Source: Negaprion brevirostris
Lineage: Eukaryota
Assembly (NCBI GenBank): GCA_030324005.1
Contig: JARDVH010000149.1
Location: 21,186,697 to 21,250,696, forward strand
Direction of reading: 5' to 3'
DNA length: 64,000 nucleotides
Numbering within the stretch: position 1 is the first letter of the stretch; the number at the start of each line of letters is the position of its first letter. The translations under genes were made by a program, and so were the position numbers. The notes under the pieces are model-generated. The model saw only the letters and a program-made list of their open reading frames with translations. It made no database searches and was not told the origin of the DNA. Positions 39,288-50,230 of this stretch are shown here, one piece after another.

Positions 39288-41197
39288 NNNNNNNNNNNNN
39301 NNNNNNNNNNNNNNNNNNNNNNNNNNNNNNNNNNNNNNNNNNNNNNNNNNNNNNNNNNNNNNNNNNNNNNNNNNNNNNNNNNNNNNNGTACTCCTGTTAT
39401 TCTTACCAAAGTGAATCACTTGTTATGGTTCTTGCTGGCCAATCCAAGTATATTTGGCAGTTGTGGTGGAAAAGCAGAGTGTCTGGATTATTCATTCTTC
39501 AGGATGTGTGATCATGACAGGGTCGTAGAAATCTGGACCTTTAAATGTAAGAGGAAACAGAATCCCACTTCTGTATTATTTTGCTGGTAACATGACAGTA
39601 AATCAATTAAAATGTTTTCAGATAGTAATTAGTGCATTTTTTGGCTGAAGGAGGTTCCAAGACTTGTTGCACTTTTGTGACATCACCTCAATAGATGCTA
39701 CTTGCAAAATATGAATTTTCTCATTCAATATTACATATGAAATACTTTCAAAAATGAATTGTCTTTTGCTGCATGCACTGCAGACTAGCATCTTCCAGCT
39801 GTTTTCAGGCAAAAGTGCAAATTTTACCTTTTTCTTTCCTACGAGATTAATTTAGAAAGTATGTAATTTGTAGTGTTGTAAGTAGATTTCTGTTATTATC
39901 GATGTGTTTTTACATTTACTTGATGTTTTTTGAGAATAATGATTGACTTAACAAATGAGGAGTGAAGTGTGACAAGCCTAGAACAATGTCATCTTTTTTC
40001 TATAAAGACCTCGTTCTTAAAATGCCACTTTGAGTTTGGATTTTTTTTAAAGGATTAAAATGCGCCATTTTTATTGAAACATTTAGCACCCAAATGTATG
40101 GCACAGTAGCAGCCAGGAAGTACCGGTAGTTGTTTACAATGGACTCTTGGATTCACACTCTTTCTGTAGAAGCACTCAAGCAGTAAGCACTCCACAGTCT
40201 GTTTGGCACAGTAGCAGCTCTCAGCTGGCCCCTGCCCTCCTGCTGTTAGATGGGGCAAAGGATGTGCCAGAACCCAGGTCGTAACAGAACGAGAACTGCC
40301 TGCAAATCTGCTTGTAGTTAGCATGGGGCCTTTTGGCACTGTTCTGTAGCAGATTGATTTAGTTGCAACTCTTTTTGTTTAATATTTTCCATCTGGCAAC
40401 AATGGCTAATAAAGGCAGATGCAAAGCAGCGTTTGACACAGTGAATCTGGAAGTTAAAAGCTTCGAAACTTAATCTTAGAATAAAAAAGCCCTTTTAGAT
40501 TAATAGTGGCTGTAGTATTCGATTTTTGTGTATGACCGATTTATAATTATTGGGATCATTTCCTTGCTCGATACATTAATTTGAAATTGGAAAGACTTTG
40601 TGGGAACAGGTTCTCAAGTTTCTGTGCTGTCAGAAAACATGTTGGTCCTTCAGAAATTATTAAACTTCACTTAATTTTATTAGGTATAAATTTTATGGAA
40701 ATATATACTTTTAGAAATAATGTTAACAAACTTCCTTTTCATGATGTGCAATCCTGCAAATGAGATACCCTGACTATGTGGAGCTTGTAGCTTACCAGTG
40801 ATAATAGATTAGCACTCAGAAGGTGCAAGATACTTTGCTCTTGATTCTACCATTCCTCTGGAGAAATCTGTATCTCAAAATGGAAAAGTTAAAATTTGGA
40901 GTGGCGCCAGTGAAGTCACGTGGGGCTGAATTTATGCTCTACCACTTGGTGGCGCAGCCCATTAATATATTAATCCACTCCGTTCCCAGCTCGTGATCCA
41001 CAAAGCAAATGGCACTAGGTTACCTAAACTTGGGAGGTGTAAGTAAAAATTGTCATTATAAAAGCAAGCTCGTATGAAAATTGTCTGCGAATTGTTTTAC
41101 AACATACAATCGGAAATATATGTTGCTGCGCACTTGTCAGTATCTCGCAGTTGATGAATATTTTACAAATCTACAAATAGAATGTTGGAATAAAGCT

Positions 41198-41212
41198 CTG
41201 CCATCTACAGGC
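41198..41212 (-). promoter_or_regulatory. Candidate CTCF site
   Basis: Minus-strand gCCTGTAGATGGCAG fits CCNSYAGRKGGCRS. Confidence 0.4.
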
Positions 41213-41589
41213 ATGCATTTTTTTTAATTTTTAAGAGATATGAATGTTGTTCTCAAAAATTAGTGTTTGTGGTCTTCATAAAACAAGTTAATTGGCAGAG
41301 AAATTTCCATGCAGTTATTGGTTGCATACTGTTCTTATGACACATTTTTAAAAAAACTTGCATATGTGTGCACTTTTTGACCACAAACCTTTCTCCTAGC
41401 AGTAATGATTTTCACTCATGCTTTTCTGAGGCCATTGACTATGTAGTCACTTGACTAGTATTTTTTTGCTACATTTGCCAGGATGTAGTTACAGACTGGC
41501 CACTAGGTGACTATAGAGAGGTAATTTCTCAATGTTTCCTCCAATTTCATTGTCGTCTTTCACATTGAAGAAACATCACATAAGCCAAT

Positions 41590-41875
41590 TTATAGAATCC
41601 TTAGAATCATAGAATCCCTACTGTGCAGAAGGAGGCCATTCAGCCCATCGAGCCTGNNNNNNNNNNNNNNNNNNNNNNNNNNNNNNNNNNNNNNNNNNNN
41701 NNNNNNNNNNNNNNNNNNNNNNNNNNNNNNNNNNNNNNNNNNNNNNNNNNNNNNNNAGACCAGGTAAGATGCCAGATTTCCTGCCCGAAAGGACATTAGT
41801 GAACCAGATGGGTTTTTCCGACAATTGACAATGGTTTCACGGTCATCAGTAGATTCCTAATTCCAGATATTCTAC
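41590..41875 (-). mobile_element. HE1 SINE tail, N gap, then second-family SINE fragment
   Basis: 41608-41656 is identical to the tail at 42362-42410; 41757-41875 matches 18150-18290. Confidence 0.75.
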
Positions 41876-42361
41876 GCTTTATATATTGATCTAATTTTAT
41901 CTTCTATGATGCACCAATCTTTGTCTGAATTATTTGCTGTGGCAAAGCATTCTATGCTCTCTCTGTATAAGGACATTTTCTCCTAATTTCCTTCCTCAAT
42001 CATATACTGATAATTCCAAATTTATGATGCCTTGCCATTATCCATTCTCAACCAGAAGAAATATTGAAAAGTCTCCATAGCCTTTAATCTTTGATGGTCA
42101 TCCACATTTCAGTAGAAATAGCCTCCGTATTTCACATCTCTCTTCAGGACTTTGGTTTTCCATCCCTCTTGCTGTTAAATCAATCATTTGGCTTTAATTT
42201 CCTACAATGGTTGCCCAAGCCTAACTTAATTACAGTGGCCCAAGCTAATATTCTATAGAAGTTCATTCTGACTTCATCAACCTTGTATTTTGGGCGGGGA
42301 TTATTTTCCAGCCCCACCATGGCAGGGCCTGCTGCTGGGGATGTGGCGGGCCAGGCAACAG

Positions 42362-42657
42362 TCATAGAATCCCTACTGTGCAGAAGGAGGCCATTCAGCC
42401 CATCGAGCCTGCACCAACAACCATCCCTCCTGGTCCCTATTCCCATTACCCCATGTTTATACCCTGCTAATCCCCCTAACCTATACATCTTGGGACACTG
42501 AGGCCCAATCAACCTAACCTGCTTATCTTTGGACTGTGGGAAGAAACCAGAGCACCTGGGAGTTTGTGCAAACTCCACACAGTCACCTGGGGCCGGAATT
42601 GAATCCGGATCCCTGGCACAGTGAGGCAGCAGTGCTAACCACTGTGCCACGTTCCGC
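42362..42657 (-). mobile_element. HE1-like V-SINE, near full length
   Basis: The minus strand begins gtggcacagtggttagcactgctgcctcac, with a B-box-like ggattcaattcc, V-domain and CR1-type tail. Confidence 0.9.
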
Positions 42658-43361
42658 CATAAGAAGTATATCAAAGCAATGTATTTTTTCTTTCGCACCT
42701 GTATTTATACTGCTTATAGTGATTAATGAAATAGGTAGATTTCAAATGTGAAAATGTTAATATTGGTACCACATGTTGTACATGTTCCAAACTGCATAAT
42801 ACTCAGTGGACTTAATATTGTGTGAGCAAAAGACAGCCAGTACTCAAGGCTGAAATGTCCTTTCTGTCAGAACCAACAACTGTGGTACCATTGAACGAAT
42901 TGCCCAATAAAACGTAGCTTTTGAAAAGTTGGCACTGAAAATGAATTTCATTAAACATATATTCCCTTCTACAATTTATTTTCTGCACATGTTGTTCACC
43001 TGATAAGAAGATGGGCACCTTATCTGATTTCAACATACTTCGAATGCTGCTCTTGGTTTACCAAGAGGCAAACAGCAGCAGCTTGAAGTGAATTGCAGCT
43101 TTGATGCTGGGTAGGTATCTCGTTTTTGCTGTAGATAGCAACACTGCCAGCAAGCAGTTCTTCTATGAAGAATTATGGTGCAAAGTCTAAATTATATTAG
43201 TCCAAATTCCTATCTTAAAACCTCCACATTTTAAGTATTGTACCGTTAATGCCAATTCTAGGTTTACTGCCCTTGTGAAAAATAATATTATAATTCTTAT
43301 ACATGGACTTTTACTTACTTTCATGCTAAGGAAACAGCCAAAGAGATGGCATTATACATAA

Positions 43362-44300
43362 TAAATAAAAACAGAAAATGCTGGGAAAACTTTACGTCTG
43401 GTTGCACCTGTGGAGAGACAAACAGAATTAATGTTTCGAGCCTGTATGACTCTTCCTCAGAGTTATAGGGAAGAATATATGTGTTTGACTTTATGCTATT
43501 ATGTTATGAGTGGAGCAAAATAGAAGGGCAGTGATAAGTGAAAGCTCAGGAGTGATTTGACCGATGTTGCGAGCACGAAGCAAAGGGAAGGTGTTAAAGG
43601 CTAAAGAAAATGCTGATACGGCATGAAGGTAAGATAGTAAAATTGTTAATAACAGAACAAAGGTCAGCCATCTGTGAAAGCAAAACTTAAGAACAAATGG
43701 CAGGCAGCCCTATGGTGTTGCAGTGGGTTTGTGAGAAAAGAATGGATTTAAAAAAGGGATCAAGATCGAAGAGAGAATTCATAGTCTGAACATGTTGAAC
43801 TCATTGAATCCAGAAGGCTGTGAAGTGCCTACTTGGAAGATGAGCTGTTGATTTAATTTTTTATTGTCACGTGTATTATGGTCTTATTAGTATACAGTAA
43901 ATGCATTGTTATTGCATGTTGTTCCACCAGATTTTTCACTAAGCATCACTAGAACATTGCAGCAAGCTAAGGATAGACATGTGGCCATGAGAGCAAAATA
44001 GTAAGCTGAAATGGCAAGTGACAGGAAGGTTGGGGTCATGCTTGTGGATCGAGCAAAGGTGTTACCCTATTACCTCCTTTCCTCACTGTCCAAGGCCCTA
44101 AACACTCTTTTCAGGTGAAGCCTCATTTCACTTGCACCTCCTTCAGTTTGGTTTGCTGTATTTGCTGCTCCCAGTGCAATCTTCTCTATATCAGGAAGAC
44201 TAAATGCAGACTGGGTAACCAGTTTGTAGAACACCTTCTCTCAGTCCACAAGTATGACCTCAGCCCTTGACATTTCAACTTACCATCTTGCTCTCATGCC
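43362..44300. mobile_element. Penelope-like retroelement with inverted structure: minus arm about 43362-44063 and plus arm about 44064-44300 (GIY-YIG endonuclease)
   Basis: The plus frame from 44082 gives LTVQGPKHSFQVKPHFTCTSFSLVCCICCSQCNLLYIRKTKCRLGNQFVEHLLSVHK, a decayed VY...YIG GIY-YIG. The minus arm gives HKHDPNLPVTCHF...QLIFQVGTSQPSG plus a terminal hammerhead core at about 43425-43462. Confidence 0.85.
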
Positions 44301-44564
44301 TTTAAAGGGCTGTGGTCTGTATATACAATTGTCTCTGCTGGGTTGCTGGCAACATAAATCTCAATGTAGGGCCAGTACCAGGCTTTAAATCTTTTTCTCA
44401 ATAGTTGAATACTTCTTTTGGTGCAGACTTAATTTTCTTGAAATATCCCAACGGTTTCTCAGGGCCAAGTTCGCCTTCCTAAAGCAACACAGACAACCAA
44501 AGTCACTAGCATCCACTGCCAGTTTGAACTGCGTGTCGTAATTGAGTGCTGCTGACATAACAAT

Positions 44565-45080
44565 ATGGATAGACTTTCAAAAGACTTTTAAGATACTACA
44601 TAATGGACCCATCTAAAGTCAGATCGTATGGAGTTGAGACAAAATGGATAGGAAGCTGGCTGTGAAACAAAAAATAGAGATAGTTAAGTATTGCTGAAAA
44701 AAGAGACATGTTATTGAAGTAGAGGTAGATCAAAAGACCAAATTCAGGATATCAACAAATGATACAGATAACTTACAGGTAAGTTAAGGTAACTTGTTCC
44801 CTTTGAAATTTGGCATTCTTGGATCTGTTCTGAGGAGTGAGATGAAAAGCCTTGACAAGCATGTCTTTTTTCAATAATTTTGAAAAATAGCGAGGACGAA
44901 TGAAAAATAATTACTTAGGATGCCAGAAGGTGGAAAGTGGTGCTTCACAGGAATTAGTGCTGGGGCAACAGTTGTTCACTATTTAGATAAATGATTGGAA
45001 TCTGTAATTGCAAGTGTAATATTAAAATTTGCAGATGATACCAACTGGAGAGCATGATTAATACTGAGGAAAACTGACAA
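44565..45080 (+). mobile_element. Decayed CR1 RT fragments
   Basis: MDFQK-like, SGASQELVLG and KFADDT (about 45025-45043) remnants. Confidence 0.65.
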
Positions 45081-45667
45081 TATATTGGTAAGAACCCCAC
45101 TGATGTTGCCTGCGCAAGAGACTCAAAACCCTGAAAGATAACTCGAAATACTAGTGTTTATTGGAGTATATTTGTTTGGAATAATGAGAGGAACAGTTTA
45201 CAGTCTGGTGAGGAACCAGTCCAGTTGCTGTGTAAACAATTAATTAAGCGCATTTAGTAAAGTAAAAGAAAAGAAAACCACATGACAAAGACCAATATAA
45301 GTGATAACACTTAAGTATATTAATCACTAAACAAACTATTTTATCTGAATTTACCCCATGTTCCCAGAGTATGCACACCTTCCCTGAACTCATTAAGACA
45401 TGCTTTTTCCCAAATAACATCCAATTTTTTTAACCCTAAGTCAAATCCAGCTAATAGTTACCACACAGCTTATGTGACCAGGCCTGTGAAAATGTCTTTT
45501 TCTGGTTCAGCAAAGGCAAGAAATTGCATCTTTTAGACAAGAACGTCTGCAACTTGCTCCAAATGTTAGATGGAACAGACTTCTGTGGCACTGATCATAG
45601 TTGGAACTGGCTTCTCTGAAGATGAGTTGGAGCTGACTTGTCTGACTGTTGGATGGAAAACTAAAGT

Positions 45668-45772
45668 GACCCTAGTGTCAGGAAGATTAGCAGGGTAAAT
45701 GTGCAGGGTTATGGGAATAGGGCCTGGGTGGGATTGTGCTTGGTGTAGACTCAATTCTGTGATTCTATGATG
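45668..45772 (+). mobile_element. HE1 SINE 3' fragment
   Basis: gattagcagggtaaat...gggcctgggtgggattg...tgattctatga. Confidence 0.7.
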
Positions 45773-46534
45773 ACCTCTTTCTCCAGTGATGGCTATCTCT
45801 GTGTCTCAAATTCCTTGTCTTCGTAAGTTATTATTTGTGTAGCCCCATTGATCTCTGTAAACAGTTTTCCGATTATGGCAATTCACACCTCAATTTCTCT
45901 AGATGCCTCTTGTTACCTGTCTGTTATCAAGTTCAACTGTTAACTGTGTTAACTTCCCATATTACTAATAATATACAGGCATGCGATTTTTCCATTTTTA
46001 ACAAACTGGATTTTTGTTTTTTTTTGTTTCTGCTCTTCAGGCATTTTTAAAATAACTTTATGCCCCCTTCCCAATCCTGATGTGTGCCCTCTAAGCTGCT
46101 GGCCTGTGTGACCGCATAGCAAATTATAAAGTTCACTTTGTTATTACAGCTGTGGACATCCTCCAAAGCTCAAGCTCATTGGTGATATGCAGACATGTCT
46201 AATCAGCAGCAAGTGTGGGGTAGGACAACCTGTGATTGGAGGAGCAGCAGGAAAATGAATGAGGGTGCATTAGCACTGGAATGACAGTGGTGAGACTGAG
46301 GGGCAGTAATGGTGAGAGAGATTGAGGGTAACGGGAGGGATCATGAAAAGAGAGAGAACTACAGGCACCACAGAGAGGTACTCAGGCAGTCAAGCAAGGA
46401 AAGAGAGACTGCAGGGATGAGCGGGTTAGTGAGACTGTGGAGGTCAGTAAGAGTGAGACAGTGTGTGACAGGCGCCAGTCAACTTTCTTCCTAGCTTCAA
46501 GTGCTAATGCTTCCAAAAAGCAATTTTATCCATC

Positions 46535-47565
46535 ACATAGATAGTAACTAAACAAGAATCTCTCCCTCAATGTCAGCAATACGAAAGAGATAGTCATCAA
46601 CTTCAGGAAACTTAATGGAGAATATACCCCTGTCGACATCAATGGGGCCAAAGTAGAAATGGTNNNNNNNNNNNNNNNNNNNNNNNNNNNNNNNNNNNNN
46701 NNNNNNNNNNNNNNNNNNNNNNNNNNNNNNNNNNNNNNNNNNNNNNNNNNNNNNNNNNNNNNNNNNNNNNNNNNNNNNNNNNNNNNNNNNNNNNNNNNNN
46801 NNNNNNNNNNNNNNNNNNNNNNNNNNNNNNNNNNNNNNNNNNNNNNNNNNNNNNNNNNNNNNNNNNNNNNNNNNNNNNNNNNNNNNNNNNNNNNNNNNNN
46901 NNNNNNNNNNNNNNNNNNNNNNNNNNNNNNNNNNNNNNNNNNNNNNNNNNNNNNNNNNNNNNNNNNNNNNNNNNNNNNNNNNNNNNNNNNNNNNNNNNNN
47001 NNNNNNNNNNNNNNNNNNNNNNNNNNNNNNNNNNNNNNNNNNNNNNNNNNNNNNNNNNNNNNNNNNNNNNNNNNNNNNNNNNNNNNNNNNNNNNNNNNNN
47101 NNNNNNNNNNNNNNNNNNNNNNNNNNNNNNNNNNNNNNNNNNNNNNNNNNNNNNNNNNNNNNNNNNNNNNNNNNNNNNNNNNNNNNNNNNNNNNNNNNNN
47201 NNNNNNNNNNNNNNNNNNNNNNNNNNNNNNNNNNNNNNNNNNNNNNNNNNNNNNNNNNNNNNNNNNNNNNNNNNNNNNNNNNNNNNNNNNNNNNNNNNNN
47301 NNNNNNNNNNNNNNNNNNNNNNNNNNNNNNNNNNNNNNNNNNNNNNNNNNNNNNNNNNNNNNNNNNNNNNNNNNCAAGAATATCTTCTTCCCTGCTGCCA
47401 TTAAACTTTTGAATGGACCTACCTCACATGAAGTTGATCTTTTTCTACACCCTAGCTATGATTGTAGCACTACATTCTGCACTCTCTAGATTCCTTATCC
47501 ATGAATGATATAGCGCGCAAGAATACTTTTCACTGTACACTAATAATATGACAAATCAAGTCAAA
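46535..47565 (+). mobile_element. Rex1/Babar-clade LINE, mostly inside an N gap
   Basis: NLSLNVSNTKEIVINFRK...PVDINGAKVEMV before the gap and NIFFPAAIKLLN after it. The 3' UTR matches 62200-62395. Confidence 0.85.
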
Positions 47566-47734
47566 AAATCAAATTAAAAAGTTTTTTACTTTCAATTGTA
47601 ATTACAATAATTTATAAAATGTGTAGTCATGGAAAGAGTAGTTGAAAAGAAACTACCTGTAAAGGTTATCAAAAAGTTTGTAAATTTGAATGGGATACTC
47701 GACAAATATTTTGAGGATCCCCTGCCTTAGGGGG

Positions 47735-49538
47735 ATTTCATGAAATAGCCTTTCACAGTTGGCCAGCCTGCCTGAACAGTTCATGAAACAGTTTGACCAA
47801 CCAGTTCATGAAATGGGCATTGGAAAACTTGTGCAGTTCGTGAAATGGCCAACTTTTCTGAACAATAAATACAATTCCATTCACAAATGCATCATCTGCT
47901 GAATTTTCTCCAGTTAAAATCAAATTACTGCGGACGTTGGAATCTGAAACCAAAAGAGAAAATGCTGGAAAATCTCAGCAAGCCTGGCGGTATAAGGAGA
48001 GAAAAGAGCTGATGTTTTGAATCCAGATTACCCTTTGTCGGAGCTTTGTTATTACAGCTTTTACATGATTAGGATACAACAAAAACAAATAAAGAACTCA
48101 TGTATGCATACTGTGCTATTATTCAATATACATTTCAGATATCTTAGATTCGTGGTGACCCAAACCATTCAAATTGCTTCTACGTCAATGGTTACAAAAA
48201 GAGTATAAACACAAATCATACCTATTTAATGTGCCAGCACTAATCAGTGTTGTCAGGTTTTAGTTCTGTGACAGATAGTATTGTAGCAGAGACTTGCTTT
48301 CAAGCAGTCTTGATAAGTGGTTNNNNNNNNNNNNNNNNNNNNNNNNNNNNNNNNNNNNNNNNNNNNNNNNNNNNNNNNNNNNNNNNNNNNNNNNNNNNNN
48401 NNNNNNNNNNNNNNNNNNNNNNNNNNNNNNNNNNNNNNNNNAAATTCAAGCTGATTCTTGGCAAGTTTGTTTTTCAGAATCCCTTTACTGTGTCGCCAGA
48501 ACCATCTGCTGCCAGAACTACATCAATAATGTCTAGTGTGTCACCTATGCTGCAGTCACTTTTGCTGTCACCTTTGCTGCATCCACTTGCCTGAGTTTCC
48601 CCGCGCAAGTTCGAACCCTGCTCGCAGCGAATCTAATAGATGTTTAAAGTTGTAATTTGCTCCTTAAAAGAGGCCAACATCAGCAGCCCAAATTGACTTT
48701 GTCAATCGTGCCATCATCCGCTCTGTTTTCTGCCTGCGACACTTTTCTATGCGTCGCTCACCCTGCTGTCCTAGAGAAGATCATGGGATGCTTGCATACT
48801 TTACAAAGTTTCTTGTGCGTCTTTTCACTACCATGGCCAGTTTAATGTGGGCTTGTCACATGACGTCCAGGACTGCTTCCTTGGTAGTCATGTACTTCTC
48901 ATTGCTCTTGATAATCTTGTTCATACCACCTGGGGATGTAAGCACAAAAGTTGCCAGGATGTAATTACGGTCTCTTTGGAGTTTCTGTCGCACACCTGAG
49001 GCTGCAATAACCTTCTGTTCATATTCAGCAGACCACAAAACAGCTCTCAATACAGTCATCCAACTTTAATGTTTGCCAGGGTTATGCTAGTTGATGTAGA
49101 TTTCTATGTTTATCTACTGATTCTACAAAGCGTTATGAATGCCATCACGTTTTCATCTAGGTGCAACAAGGAAAAGATGAACTTGTCACCAATAAATTAA
49201 GTGTTCCTTGCCCAATGAGCTTTTGAAGTCAACATCGCCTTCCCTTCATCTGTTTTGAAGTCAAATGGGCAATTGGGAACTGGTACTTTTGAAACTTGTA
49301 CTGCATTTTACTCATTTTACCGACCACCATTTGTATCTTCGTAGACAAACTTGCTTTGCCAAATTTACAATGTTTCTGTTGTTACCGAGCAACTTAATAC
49401 ATGATGTTATGCTTGCAACACTTCAGTAATAATTCCATGAATAAGATTTTAAAATTTGTACATGGCCCTGACAGTTCCATGGGCAGTCGAAGTACAAATT
49501 TCATTATTCGTGCAATTTGTTTGCCTAGTTTGTGAAAT
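47735..49538 (-). mobile_element. Putative decayed integrase-type transposon (KRBA2/SCAND3-like H2C2 zinc-binding region)
   Basis: Minus strand across frameshifts reads EAVLDVM*QAHIK / TGHGSEKTHKKL / KYASIP* ...QQGERRIEK. Candidate inverted termini at 47735-47748 and 49525-49538; cagttcRtgaaa subterminal repeats. Confidence 0.5.
47945..48048 (-). mobile_element. Penelope-like terminal fragment with degenerate hammerhead core
   Basis: aaaatgctggaaaatctcagca... is homologous to 43372-43460. Minus strand reads ccgacaaagggtaatctggattcaaaacatc. Confidence 0.65.
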
Positions 49539-49709
49539 GGATTCTACCAGTGACGATTACTAGGGTTATTTTTGTCTTCAGAAATGTCAACTTATTTCTT
49601 TAAATGCTGCTGAAATAATGTACCAGAAGGTCCCATCTCAAAACAAATAGTTTATGACCCAACATGTGGAAATTCTTTAAATATCAAGAAAAATTTGACA
49701 AATTGGTTA

Positions 49710-50230
49710 AGGGCAGGCTGAGAGATGACTTATTTAAGGTTTTTAAACTTATGAAAGGGTTAATTCAGGCTAGGGATTAAAAAAATGTATGTTGCTAATA
49801 AATCAACAAGGCATTCAGAAGATGATTCTTTACTCAGGGATTGGTTAGAATGTAGAACTTGCTACAACATGAAGTAGCTAAGATGAATAGCTTAAATAGA
49901 TGGATTACAGGTGAGGATAGAGCAAAAAATAAAAAGATATGTTGATAAAATGAGAAAAGTAAAATGGAAGGAGGCACGGATTGAATATAAATAGCAGCAT
50001 AGACTTCCTCAGCTTCGACCTATCCCTGACCCCTTCCCCCAACTATATAATCAACTACATTTCTACCTTTCTTCATCTGAGTCATATGGACTCAAAATGT
50101 TAACTTTGTTTCTCTCTCCACAGATGCTGTCAGACCTGCTGATTTTATTCAGCATTTTCAGTTTTTGTTTCAGTTTTGCAGCTAACATAGACCTGACTGA
50201 CTGGACCGTACCTGTGCTGTAAAAGCTATG
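49710..50230 (+). mobile_element. CR1 3' end interrupted by a Penelope-like terminal fragment (50005-50185)
   Basis: RLRDDLFKVFKLMKG-like CR1 remnant. The insert gagtcatatggactcaaaatgttaac...ccacagatgctgtcagacctgctga is flanked by catagac (49998-50004, 50186-50192). Confidence 0.75.

Noticed and set aside
42180-42698. 172-aa minus-strand ORF
   Set aside because: It is a read-through of an HE1 SINE, not a gene.
45085-46090. Possible second solo LTR
   Set aside because: It interrupts a CR1 remnant and looks LTR-like, but termini and TSD could not be defined.
46526-47489. Longest ORFs in the track (291 and 276 aa)
   Set aside because: They are artefacts of translating through a ~710-N gap inside a Rex1 LINE. 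The same applies to other X-containing ORFs.
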